The notes below the pieces were generated by a model that saw only the letters and a list, made by a program, of their open reading frames with translations, made no database searches and was not told the origin of the DNA. A DNA stretch of 64,000 nt from Tubiluchus corallicola (Eukaryota; Animalia; Priapulida). Position numbers and translations under genes: made by a program. The DNA is taken from NCBI GenBank assembly GCA_030141605.1, contig JAQGDQ010000079.1, forward strand, positions 496,001-560,000, in the 5' to 3' direction. Below are positions 14,601 to 26,800 of the stretch, one piece after another; the stretch's first letter is position 1; every line of letters begins with the position of its first letter.

Positions 14601-17600
14601 GGCGTGAAACCTGCATGACTCAGTTCTTGATCTCTGTAAAATAGGATAAACATAAAACATAAACAGATTTTTCAGATACAATAAAAATAATGACTGCTAA
14701 AGAGTGGACACTTTTTTATTTTTGTATCTCAACACAAATGATCTCTGTTCAGATTCATTTGCCTCTGATAAGCCAACTGCTACTAGGTATCGTGGAGGCA
14801 AGTTTTGTGTTTCATACTTTATACTTCATACTGATTAACAGTACTTATTGTGATTAAAATTATACAGATTTTTAAGACTGAGTTTAGAAAAAGAATTGGT
14901 ATCCTGTGTAAACACAAGACTAGGCCATTTACAATGGTAAATCAGGTTATAAACATTTTGTTGAGACCAAATACCTGCCATGAAATTTATTTAATTAATA
15001 AGGGTGACTAAGACGTAAGATTGGCCAGAATGAGTATAACCTGGTTAGTATTTCAGTGAGTTATGTGAGTATTTTTTCAGTTACAGCTCTGATGAACAAG
15101 AATGAGGATTTTTTTCACAAATTTTGTACATAAGTTGCTGAAATGCTAAAGGAGGCTTACTTTTTTTCAATATTTCTTGTGCTTCCAGGTGGGTGCTTTG
15201 GTGGACATCTCTACTCACTGTGAGCAGTTCGTAAAGTGGGAGTGCCTACAAGCTTCTATCAACCATCCTGAGAAGAGACTGAAACTGACATACCTCGTTA
15301 ACCGCTTCGAAGAGCAACTTGACTATTTCGGTGGTGCACCTCCCAATAGCGGCATGTGTGCATGTGGAGTGACAAACACCTGCGCTATTCCTGGGACTTT
15401 ATGTAACTGCGATGCCAATGATAAAATTTGGCGGGAGGACAGTGGTCTCATTACACAACTTGAGGACCTGCCCTTGGCACAGTTTAGAGCTGGTGATACT
15501 GGTAAATAGTTTATATTTTATCTCTTAGTACATTAAATTTGACTTCATTCTGTGTTCACATCAATTTCCGTGTGTAGTTGCAAAATTACCTATTTACTTT
15601 TCTACAGCATGCTTGCTAAGCGTATTTCGAAATTTCACTCACAGAAGTTAGTGTTTCACATAGTGTGCTGCCGTTTTTCCGAATAATTGAAATTATAATC
15701 ACATCTCATTTGTATTTAAAACTGTCAAAATCTTGCCAGCAGCAGCATTTTTATTGAGTTGTTTTTATTTTTCCAAAATGGAAAGTGGTAGATTAGAAAA
15801 CTACAGTGTGTGGAGCACCTGTTTACTTGTAGCCTCATTTTTCCTGTATACCATGGAAATACTGTCACCTGTACAGTGTTCTAACATGGGCTCAATAATA
15901 AAGGCATTAAGGAGTTCGTTACTGCTTTGCTGGTGCTTTACCAGTCAAATTGTGCTAAAGTTCTGGTTTCTATACTAAGGTTTACCCGGTGAAGAGGGCT
16001 ACAGCTCCATTGGACCACTTATATGCACCGGATTAATGGAGTTTTTCTAACACACAGTCACATCCCTTTTTACATTGTTTGATCTGTAAGTGTGAGATGC
16101 CAAAGTTGATGAAATTTCATGAAAGTCTAATTGATTGTACAACATTGGGCAATGAGATCTTATTCATGAACTTTTCATCAACTCTGTTTGGCTTTTTTCC
16201 ATAATTTTGCATTTCACTGCAAAAGAAGTTTTCTTAGTCACCAGTTTTATATTTATCCTGAAATAACTGTCTCTGCACAATTCAAATTGCATACTGCCTG
16301 CAAATAGCCTTTTTCTGGATTTACACATCATCAAAGAAAAGGCAGTAGGCCTACGTCTTTGATTTTTCAGTAGAAAACGCTAAAAATTTTGGTTTGGTAG
16401 TTCTTTAAGCTGGAAGAAATTTCAGCAGTGCAAACAAGAATCTATCATAATTAGCTTGTACCTAATTCCTCTGGCACTGCAGTTGAATCACGTTTGTTTT
16501 GACCTATGCTTCATAACTAGTATTAAGATCAGTCTATAACAGGTTAGCTCGCTCATTTAAAGCATGATGATAATAACGCTAAGGTCTTGGGTTCGACCTG
16601 TACAGGGAATTTGTTTTTCTATTTAAGTGACTAAACCAAATTCAGCAAGTTGAGGCTTATTTTAAAAATGCATGTCCATGACAACAACGACAATGACACC
16701 ATGTGACAGGTGTAATGATTTGGTCTTCATTCTGGGGATGGGTACACTAAGTCTGCTTGGGACTTGGAAAGTGCATACTAACATAAATAGGCTTGGTTGG
16801 TATGCTAACTGTCAGTCAGTCAATTACTACATTATCCTACTCATATCTCAATTATATATGAACACTCAAATTTATTGTTGTTTTTGGTCAATTAGTATTC
16901 TTTTCGACATGGTTATATTTGATAACTAGAGGGTCTTAGGTAAATTTGTTGCCGGAATTCCTTCTTACTTTTTTCTTCTATGTGTTATATTTAAACAGGA
17001 TTTACATCCATCAACGGCATTAAAATTACTTGCACGTATACTCAATCTCTTAATCAGCAACCTGTCCTGCTTGCTAGTCTTGATTACTAATTCTTTTGCT
17101 ATTCTGTATTTCAACTATAGCTTAGTTATAAGAATCAGTTAGCCTTCTAACTTATAGAGCAACCTTTGAAGGCCATCGGATATCTCATGAGCTCCAATTG
17201 CTTAATCTCAATAAAAAGTTCAAAAGAGTTCGCTACAGCAACCAGAGCTTCTTATAAACTCTACACAGATGTGCATTTTCCTTAGTAGTTTATTTAAATG
17301 TGTAATTACATAATAATTTATGGTAAAATAACACAAATTTTTTGCACCACCCAAGTGTGAAGTGCAACAACACATGGAATTTGTTAGTTTACAGACAACA
17401 AAAAATGATCATCCACACTGCTATTGCTCTGTATGATTATGATCTTACATAATGTTCATTTTCTTTCTATTTACTGCATTGAACATTTATAATTTTATCT
17501 TTGTGTACATTTTCTGACAGGTTCAATCAATCTTGATGAAGAAGAGGAAGGTTACCATACAGTGGGACCACTCATCTGTTCAGGATATAATTCAGACTAT

Positions 17601-17621
17601 ATTTTATTCCGGGTAAGCTAA
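2455..17621 (+). CDS. Multi-exon TSP1-repeat protein with a C-terminal CNTNAP/neurexin-IV-type fibrinogen-like domain (5' end lies upstream of the window)
   Basis: Exons with AG/GT boundaries and consistent phase: 2455-2619, 5973-6137, 6557-6721, 8715-8879, 9070-9234, 9664-9828, 10309-10473 (165 nt each, DGxWxxWxxWxxCxxTCGGG..R.R.C...GG..C.G...C...CP), 11106-11276 (TSP1), 12146-12292 (QNCADL..GYYGVDPDLDGPNPPFTVYCDF), 12870-12964 (HDTEKRTLVRDYEGAGEY), 15189-15501 (HCEQFVKWEC..YFGGAPPNSGMCACG..C..CNCDAND..W.EDSG), then either 15980-16050 or 17521-17621. Confidence 0.9.
2814..3387. mobile_element. Non-autonomous hAT-type MITE
   Basis: TIRs cagtggcagctc / gagccgctactg; perfect 8-bp TSD atgaatct at 2806-2813 and 3388-3395. 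Confidence 0.85.
3400..4060 (+). repeat. Degenerate ~19-22-bp AGCAT(G)-led minisatellite-like tract
   Basis: Recurrent agcatga/agcatt units, e.g. at 3453, 3473, 3491, 3510, 3824, 3865, 3891, 4048. Confidence 0.55.
5095..5124 (+). CDS. Candidate 30-nt phase-1 microexon (ETITLPTPAL)
   Basis: Branch-like ctaat (~5063), pyrimidine tract with TGC, atag| acceptor, |gtatgt donor; length divisible by 3 and open in the TSP1 frame. Confidence 0.55.
   Translation, partial: KQSLYLHLH
10309..10473 (+). CDS. TSP1 exon (frame not shown in the ORF track)
   Basis: catag|TC GAT GGC ATC TGG..; DGIWSEWGSWSDCPVTCGGGSYIRNRTCIGPFYGGKPCSDEYVEKGACNVQLCP; donor a|gtatgt. Confidence 0.92.
10870..10897. repeat. (AT)n microsatellite
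   Basis: Run of tatatata. Confidence 0.9.
12146..15501 (+). CDS. Three exons encoding the CNTNAP-like fibrinogen-related domain
   Basis: 12146-12292, 12870-12964 and 15189-15501 join in frame (intron phases 1,1,0,1). Motifs DPDxxGPxxPFxVYC, C.Q...W.C and YFGGA......CACG....C......CNCDA match the Caspr/neurexin-IV FReD-like segment. Confidence 0.88.
13259..14018. mobile_element. Non-autonomous hAT-type element (TAGGGTTGCCA termini)
   Basis: TIRs tagggttgcca / tggcaacccta; 8-bp TSD tgatcatt / tgataatt (7/8); subterminal ggac/gtcc motifs and internal AT-rich repeats (aaaatcattttgaaaattattta). Confidence 0.85.
14130..14330 (-). mobile_element. Penelope-like retroelement remnant (GIY-YIG endonuclease)
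   Basis: Translation AVYQYACTACETVCMGQTKWYLSNRIRKH matches the Penelope pattern VVY...C..C...YIG.T.R.L..R..EH. Confidence 0.7.
15980..16050 (+). CDS. Alternative C-terminal exon A of the TSP1/FReD gene
   Basis: aag|GT TTA CCC GGT GAA GAG GGC TAC..; (G)LPGEEGYSSIGPLICTGLMEFF*; phase 1 matches the donor after 15501. Confidence 0.7.
16538..16609 (+). pseudogene. Degenerate tRNA-Ile(AAT) or tRNA-derived SINE head
   Basis: ggttagctc..ttaaagcatgatgataataacgctaaggtcttgggttcgac aligns with metazoan tRNA-Ile-AAT (GGTTAGCTCAG..AGAGCGTGGTGCTAATAACGCCAAGGTCGCGGGTTCGA); acceptor and T stems are broken. Confidence 0.7.
17521..17621 (+). CDS. Alternative C-terminal exon B of the TSP1/FReD gene
   Basis: ttttctgacag|GT TCA ATC..; (G)SINLDEEEEGYHTVGPLICSGYNSDYILFR, then either donor cgg|gtaagc at 17613 or read-through VS* ending 17621. 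Confidence 0.8.
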
Positions 17622-19779
17622 AACAACTACAAAAGCTTCTATTCGCATAGAAAAATGCAGAAGTCCCAAAGTTGAAATAACACTCAGCGTTATGCTAACA
17701 ACTTTGCTATATGTGAAGGACACATACTGTGAGAGAATTTTACTGTGTATATTTCTATTTGCCCTTCAGTTGTGAACACACATCCTTTTTTCATAATGTT
17801 CCAATTGAAGCCCAACAAAGTGATGAGCCTTCAATCACTGTACATTAAGAATGTCATATTGCTGTAATAATAAAATTATGCAAGGGTAAATAGAATTATA
17901 GATAAAAATATTTATTCAGGATAATACTTGAATGGGTAATGGTCAATGAAAAGAAAATTGAATAAAATGACATATGTACATACTACACAGTACATGCAAT
18001 TCGTTTAATCAATGCACCGAAATTGAAAGAATTAATTCAGCCCAATTAGTGAGAGAATTTATGTAAACAAATCACAAATGCCAATAAATTTGAAGTAAAG
18101 TAAGTAATTGCAAAAAATACCAGCATAGCAAAGTGGAACTAAACATCAAAAATTCTCCTAAAATCCACTTAAAATATTACTAATTATAGTTATAAAAAGC
18201 TTTTTAGTTTTATCTGTTTTAGAGAAGCAACAGAAAAGAGCAAGTTAAAGTAAATCTCAATTCAAAGTATTAAAATAGTTTTGCTGATAAAATTAATTAA
18301 GATAGTTTTTAAACAAGAGATAATTCTGAATAATTCTTAGTTCTATTAGAAATGCGTTCTAGGTGTTTGCCCCACATATTTCAGTGATTTCTGGCCTGCT
18401 GATGTATTTGTAATTCATTTCTTGTCATATACTTAGTTTGGTAGCATTGGAAATTATTAAGAAATTATTGATTTAATGGATTTTTGTCACCATGAAGAAT
18501 CACATATATAAAACAGTTGACATATGCATCTGCCGTGTGAAAACTAGTGAAAGCAACTTTAATTGCCTGTGCATAGTGAGTATATGTTCACCTGACGACA
18601 CTTCAAAAGAAAAGTAATGCAAACCTATGCATAATTTGTAGTTTTAGTAGTTTATCCTTGCTGCTGAATACACTGTATCGTGGTAGTGAATATTTGGTAA
18701 CATCGAAAATTATGAATTAGAATAACATCAGATCCAAGTATTCTAAGCAAAAGATCTAATCCAAATTCAATCCTAAGACTGATTTTTTTCAGTTGCTTTT
18801 CATTCATAAAAGTTTTGATTCGCAGTACTTGTAAGAATACTCTCATCGGTCGGTTAATAATGTTTGAATTTCACTGTGCACTAGCTTTATGTAAATGATT
18901 CACCTATGTTATATGCCATATTTGGCTGGTTGTGAGAAAATTCAAGATGAAACTTATTCACAAGAAGAGTATAGTGTTAAGGTAGTTGCCTGTAAACATA
19001 TCACATGTATTGGTTTAATAAATCTGTTTTGAGGCTTTCACTCTTGTCGCAAAATTTTAAGAATTAATTTTTAGGCTCTGAGAATTACTGCTATTACATT
19101 ATAATATAAATAGTTTACCACTGTGGAGCAATTGTAAAAAATACCAAAGCTAACTAAACCTTCATTAATACTGCTGCTGTTACTTTATATCTGATTTCCT
19201 CAAGCAAGACTGTTTGGCTTGTGGCATCTTATGCATCAAACTCTTCATCTCATATTAGAGGCGGTTGCCTTTTCTCATCCCAGCTTGCAGGAAAAACGTC
19301 CAAAAATGTATTGTTTTATAGGTGCCTTTTTTGCATAGTTTATAACCTGATGATATAAAAAGCTGTATAAAGTGATGGGTGTATAAGGTGTATTGTAGAG
19401 GCATAATTTTGTTTTATTGGAACAGCTTGGTTTTGAGTAGAATGTGTTTTGCTTGAGTGTTTCCATTCATTCAGTTTTCAAGATTTTAACTAAATCACAG
19501 CTACAGTAAATGCAGCTTTTCTTAATGCAGCATGAGGTTCTGCAGTAACTAAATATTTTTTCACTAAGAAAGTTTTTGAATTAATTATTCAAATTAACCT
19601 TATGGTGTTAGCATAGGAAATCAATTTGAAATGCTAATACACATAATGAGTGTCATTTGTGTAATTTCGTATTTTTTGCTGATTATAATTGCTTATCTAA
19701 TAAATTCTTATAATTTACAGGGAACTGGTTATATTTACGAGGTTTGCCATTTGTACCATTGCTATACTAGTTTTCACAG

Positions 19780-20420
19780 ACTCTATAGCTAATTAGTCTT
19801 AATCCCGCTAGAGCTGGCCAATATTCTCTGTTGTATTTCACCTTGGCTTGAAGGTTGAGGCTATCGATGTTGTTTTTTTGATTACCTTGTAGGTGATAGT
19901 GCTTTCGTGTATACCAGTATCATCAATAACATCCTCAAGCTTTTTCTTGTTGAAATCAAGAAACAATTTTCTTGTGACCAAAAACCCCTCCACTGTGCAT
20001 TTCTTTTTGCACTCCACATCAAAAATGAATCCATTGTGTAATGTTTAAGAAAAGCGTCCATCTTTGTGGATAAAATTTTTTGCTATAGCTGCTCAATTTT
20101 GCGATCCAAAATATCTTCCTAGCTTATAATAACAACTATATTATGTTTTTGCTACCAAGGTATATGTCCTTTTGTGCAACTTCTGCATGTATTTTTTAGC
20201 CAAAAGTGCAGTCAAAAAGTTATGTAATATTAAATAAAACTCTTCTGGGTCTCCTGTAAAGCCTGAAAATTCTTCCACTGCGCAACTTTGTCTTGTAACA
20301 ACAGCTGTTGCATCTTTCGTAAAAGAAAATGCCGATGATCCGATCTTGAATACACTTTTGCACCACTTCAAGGCACATCAAAATATCACCAACATGATAA
20401 CCTATGTCCTTTTCCTTCGA
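19780..20420 (-). mobile_element. Decayed LTR-retrotransposon integrase fragment (BEL/Pao-like)
   Basis: Fragmentary frames LLAKKYMQKLHKRT, RKIFWIAK and, across a frameshift, WP(L)ARIK-like sequence, in the order expected for BEL/Pao integrase; many indels. Confidence 0.45.
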
Positions 20421-23400
20421 CAGACACCTCAGATTAATATGTAATTTAATTATCTAATGGAAGCGCATGTACTTCAGAATGGTGAAAATATTCACCAATA
20501 GTACCATCATGCATTCTTGCCATAACATTACATTCATAGTGCTTGGTGGCTCTATTGAGTATGCAAAAACTTTGCTTTAAAAAGGAATTCAGATTAAGGG
20601 ATAAAAATTCAGAAACCCCACAATTTGTTACAACAACAATTCTAAAAATCAGAAAATTTCTACAAGCACTTTATGAATGTATTCATTGGCATGCCTAAAA
20701 AGTGTGCAACTTGTAATGTATGCAGATGTAAAAAAGTCATTGTGTTAAACTTATGTGTAGTGTGTTAACTTTGTAAGTTCATGGCTCAAAATACTTGTGG
20801 TAACATTGCCAAAATTTGCTTAAATGGTTACATAAACTACAGTATTATTTTGATATTTTTATACATGAACTGTCATCATTTAACTATATAATAACTATCA
20901 TAATTGTTTTTTATATCTACATTTTGTGCCACGTAGTAATTTTTTGACGTTCTTACTTACTTTTCTAAAATGTAGCATTTTGTGATCTATTGTCGTTGTA
21001 ACTTAGAACATTATTTAAACAAAGATGCCACTGTTTAAGATTTTATGGTTTGTATTTGTAGTAACACTGGAAAATGATTTATTTCATAGTTGCATAAAAG
21101 TTGTATTTTTTAGATATTTTGTTAAAGAAATGATTAATTTTTAATCGAATATTATTGAACTTTCAAAGGAAAATCATTCCGTGTTTTTATTTTTATTTCA
21201 GAAATAACCTATCTCTTTCTTCATCCACTGCTCTATAGATTCTTGGATTCCCGACACTTGGACATGACAATCGACAACAAGTGATGAAGACAGTTAGAAT
21301 TACTTCGTCATCTGTTGCTTTCAGTCTTGGTAATTTCAAGCATGCTTTGAATTTAAGCCCATAAAAACAACTAAATTTATGCTGGCACTGTTTGCACTAT
21401 ATACATTTGAGATAATTGTACTAGCAAAAATAAAGAAAACAATGGCAATACAGTAAACTGACTTTAACCTCCTTTTCCTTGAAATTACCAAGATTGTCTA
21501 TTACCTAATAAGAACAAAACTCCACTGTGGCAACAGAGGTTTGAAAAATTGCCAAATTTTAACATTTAGAAATACCAAGTACCTACTGACAATAATTTTT
21601 CTTGTTAACCTTGGCTAATGTAGTTTACATTGGAGACTAAACTACTTCAAATATTTACATGTATTTGGTTCTAATGCTTGTACTGGTTCTAAAAGATTTA
21701 TCAATTGTTTGGGTTACCTGTAAGCAAATGATTGTAAGCTGCACAGCTTTTAAATCTCATGGACAAGCAATGTGTTAGGATATAGCAGTTGCTGAACTAG
21801 CCTAAGCCCAGGCCTAATGAGTGCCTGATGTTCGTTTAAACCATTAAGTTAATAAGATTTTACATTACAATTGAAATTTATTTTAATTGGCAGCTGAATG
21901 AAATGAGTTTACAGCATAAATTGTGGTCAAAAATTTGGAAAATCTTCAGAAATTTTCCGGAAATCTCCAGTCATCCGGCTTGGTGATTGCCACAGTGGAA
22001 TTTTTATGCTTAGATTAAAAAAAATGTTTGCCAAAATGCTAAAAACTAATCACTTTTTGCACAAATCAGGCCCTATTCACTTTATTCAAATTCTGAAAAA
22101 ATGAAGACCTGTGTACTGCAGAAATACTAAAAAATGTACTGATAACACGTTTTTGCAAATGTAATTTCTACAATATCTTGAGTTACTTCAATTTAATTAT
22201 GCCTATTGTATTTGATGCATTCTTGTTATGAGATGATGAGCGTTAGCTAGGCTAAAATTCAAGTTTAGTTATAATTTAATGCAATTTAAGCATTTTTATC
22301 TTCATGCAGGTTTTTTTAAATGAGTCAATGCTCAATTGTATATGAAAATTAATATATTTTTACTATTTTTAATGCGAATCGTGCTCAAATTGTTTAATTA
22401 TTTTTATTTTATCGAAATCAACTGCACATTCTATAGGCCTAATTATGTGCTATTGATGTCGGAATCCTTATGCTTCCATGATAAAAATATGCAAGCTTTA
22501 ATAACGATGAATACCTCTTGTATAGCTTTAATGTATTGTTAACATGTAATTAAATATCAGTTACAGAACTATGTTAATCTGGTTACTTATTACTAATTAG
22601 CTTACCTACTATACTGTATGTACTTTGGTAAGACTGTCTATGCACTGTACACTTGCTCAATTTAATGTTTTGATCTTGCTCAGAAACAACTGATTCAAGT
22701 TTGGACTTCAATAAATTTTGGAAATTCTTTATTTTGGCAACAAAATAGTGTCTTAACATTACTTTGGGGGGGGGGTGAGTTAAATGGAATACTGCTATTA
22801 CCATATAGCTGTGCAAGTCAAATTAATCAACAACATAATAATTATAAAACATTTAGTTATATACAATTATACCTCAACAACTTTATTCTTAATTAACATA
22901 AATATTCATTTAGATAAAATTTGTTGCATTACATATTTACATACATAGTACATACAAGTAATGAATATTATCAAACAAGCCTAACTATAACAATAAATAC
23001 GTGGGTAACATAATTAAAAAATAAATTCGGTTTCAAAAGTATGCGTTTTCTTGCATTTTATAAATGTTAATTGTCTAATTTAACTCAGTGTGGATTCCTG
23101 TCCTAATAATTTAAGTAACATGGTGATCATATGACCTAACATGTATAAAAATATTTGACAATTAAACCAAGCAAAAAAAGTGTGGTTCTGCATTGTCATT
23201 CGAAATGAGTCCTGCACTAGCATTTTAAACAGAAGTACAATTTCCTTGTAACATCATCACATTCCACGGTTTGCTGACAATCTGGCCAAAAAACAGGCTT
23301 TAAGCAGCTAAACTACAGCACACTTCAGAAGTAAAAACAAGTCATAAAGCAAATCCTTAGTTATGCCTTGCAGATTTATGTTGATGACGATAAGTTAGGC

Positions 23401-23831
23401 CACCTGTTTTTACTAATGGCATGTGCTTAACCTAACTGACATAAGACACTAAGCTGTTACTACCTCTGACAAGAATGGCAAGGATGTTGTACACTTGCTG
23501 ATAGGGTTCTGTGTATTGCTTATTGGGTATTGCTGAATGTCACAAATCTTTCTTATAACAGTACTTGATAGACGAAATACTAAAAACGACCAATATTACT
23601 GCTTACATGAAATATTTTAGAGCAAACAAAATGACCATTATTTCTTTATATTTTATAATGTCTTTGAATATCTACGTTTTTTGACCCAAGAGTTTTGTGC
23701 ATGAAAATGCACAACAGAACTAACTGTTATTGTGACCCTATATGCTACAAAAAATTACTCCAAAAAAGTCTGTAGAAAATATTGTCCAGAGTCACCACTT
23801 CTCCAGTCAGTAGTGCTTTATATCAATAGTA

Positions 23832-26800
23832 TCACAAGAAAACAAATTCTTCTGGAGCATGTAGAATTCGACCGTTCTTGTCTTTGTGCAAGATATGTAG
23901 AAATCGATCCTCTTTTGTTGTAGCTAAATCATCACCTTCATGCTGTGAACTGGACCCATCAACGAAGATGAATAACGGATAGTCTCTTCCTGTCTGTGTT
24001 GGTCTCAATAGCTGTGTTGTAATGAAGACAAATAAATGCAATACATTAGAATATAAAAAACTAGTGCAGTAGGAATAACAATGATAATTTGAAATTCTAA
24101 CTGCACCAAAAACTGAATGGAAAAAAGAAATGCAAGAAAATTCTGTAACATTCTGTACTAATGATATTCAAAAACATAATGTAATGCAATTTACACACGA
24201 TAATGATTCAACATTTACATGCTGAGAGTTTTTGACATACAGGTATGCAGCATATTTATTCCACTTGTAATGGTCTTTACCCAACTATAAAAAACTAAAA
24301 GCTGCGAATAAATAGCTTCACTATAGATATGCAATTTTCGAAAACAGCAACACTGGACACTCTCTATTCAACAATTGACAGTTTCTTGTTGCAGCTGTGT
24401 GCAAAGACAAGTAATCTGCTTGCTTTAGAGCCATATAACTTATAAAATGTAAATGAATTAACTCTGCTGCTGCAAGAAACATGTGGCTGCATGTTTTTCA
24501 TCAGTTTAGTCATCTACAGTAATGAAGCAGTGCTTTACAAAAAGAAAGCCTTGCCAATAAACATAAAGTGTACCTCGGGAGCTCTGCACACAAAATCATC
24601 ATACTCCTGCTTCGTACGAAAATAGAAACCAATAGTACAGCTTGGATCCATCTTAGTAAAAGACATTTTTCGTGGAGTCATGCAATGAAACGTCTTAAAA
24701 CAAAGAAACACACCAAAAATTACAACAATCTTCATAGCTGCCAACCATTTGAAGTAAAAATGAGTGTGAAACATATAAAGCCCGAGCTGGGTCGGGATGC
24801 CCCAGAAATTTTTGCTTTTTTTGGATATTAAAATCAAATTAGCAAAAACATGAGGCAAGAAATATAAAATTAATGTAATTTAAAGGCACTTGTGAGTTTT
24901 CTAGTGCTGTTATTCGACTTCACCAAGCTTTATATATAAATAACCATGTCCTTTTGTACACATGAAAAAGCTGAAAAGCTCAAAAGTGCTTAATTTTCAA
25001 TAATTGTAATACCCTTTAGTGTAATATATATCGTGAGATTCAGGAATGCTACTCTATTATTGAGAGTACTACTATTAATTACGTTGTGCTTGATACCAGT
25101 AGCAAAGGAAGCCATTCAAATCAAGTGATTTGGAAACTTGTGTGTGAAGGTGTGGAATGTGTGAGAACAGAAACTTGATGCATGTGCACGTATGAAAGAC
25201 CTAAAATGCGTATAAAATATGCATAGTGCATGAGAATTGGCAGGTCTGTATCTTTGTGCTGAATAAAAATTTAATCATTTAGCACTTTTGTTAACCAAAG
25301 TTAGTTTAAATATTGTTTATATATTAGCTTAATTACACCTTAGCATAATCCTTTGCAAGCCTATAACTGATTGTTAATATTCTTTATCTTCAACTAGGGA
25401 CTAGCTGTGACAGGACAACTAGTTCTTAGGGCATATTACACCTCAAGAGGCAGCACCATAATAGTTTATAAATACCACGAAAAAAGGAAAAAATTAATGC
25501 ATATACTACCGTGGCATCCAGATAGTAGTACACAGTACAGGATTTTTTCCTAAAATCTTGCCAATAAGAAATTTTTCAATAATACTCAGTTGTTTTTGAA
25601 AGCCTTTTCAGCATTCCAAAGAAAAATTGTCCTATATTCTGACAATTGTATGCATGCAGTCTTGTAGGTTATTAGAACTGCGCCATTTGAGGTGTGAAAA
25701 TGTCCATTGCACGAAGGTTTCTGTATGCGAAAATCTAAATCAATAATTATCACCGGTGCAAGTCTCTGAATACACATATGCTTGTGCATTCATACATATT
25801 AATATCTTGAACTTATTACCGTAGTTCCTTACACTGAATTGACAAATAAATAATCCACTTGATGCTGACATAGCTCTCTGTCATGTTTCAAGAATACTTC
25901 AGCCATAGATACTTGAAACATAAATCACATAATTTAAAAATAACCAGGAACTTCAGCAAACAACTTCAGAAACAATAAAATGTCAATAAAAGCTTACCTC
26001 AATCTTAAAATCATTGGACTCACAGTTAATCGAATCCTGACAGTAATGAGGATCAAGAAATATTAATTTATCACCTGAAAAGATTTATTAAAGCAGGCAT
26101 AATATAAAATTTAAGTTAATAAAAACATTGTTTGCTGGAAGACTAACAATTACACCCAAATTAAAGAACTGCAATTTTTCTACAAACAAAAACAGCAATT
26201 GATATGTTCAACATGTACACACATTTTGCCAAATTGACTGAATCTCTATGGTTGTGCACTGTAACAGTCTTGACTTAGCTATTTTGGTGACAAAAAGTGA
26301 TAAAAAATGATAGAGAACTTTCTAGCAAATAATTTAAGACAAGGTTATAAACTTTCTAACTTTGAATGAACACAAAAAAGCTGTTAATTATTAAAAAATA
26401 TTTTACCTTGCCAGCCAATAAAATACAAAGAATGTTTTGGCCGTCCACCTATAATCCCCAAACAGCACTTTTCATTAAGTACTTTCTTAATGCAAGGTTT
26501 ATATAGTTCATTCAGACACTCTCCACCTAATCTCATTGGAACCAGAAGGACTAAAGCTTTCCAGCTTTCATTAGATGAAGAGCACGTAGATGGCATCATG
26601 TTAGTGTAGCACACACGTTGATTATTGCTAGACACATTATTCTCTTCTTGCACAGTATTTTGTTTATCACTACAATGTTCAGATGAACTATGATGATTTT
26701 TGGTTAAATCTTCACTTGCAAGGTGTACCTGGCATCTAGTTTCTCTACCATTTGAAAATTCACCAGCTACGCCTGCTAGTTCCACATTCTCGTCTCGCAA

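Noticed and set aside
16104-16183. Hairpin read as a SECIS element
   Set aside because: No in-frame UGA in the visible exons, and the ATGA/AA/GA geometry does not fit
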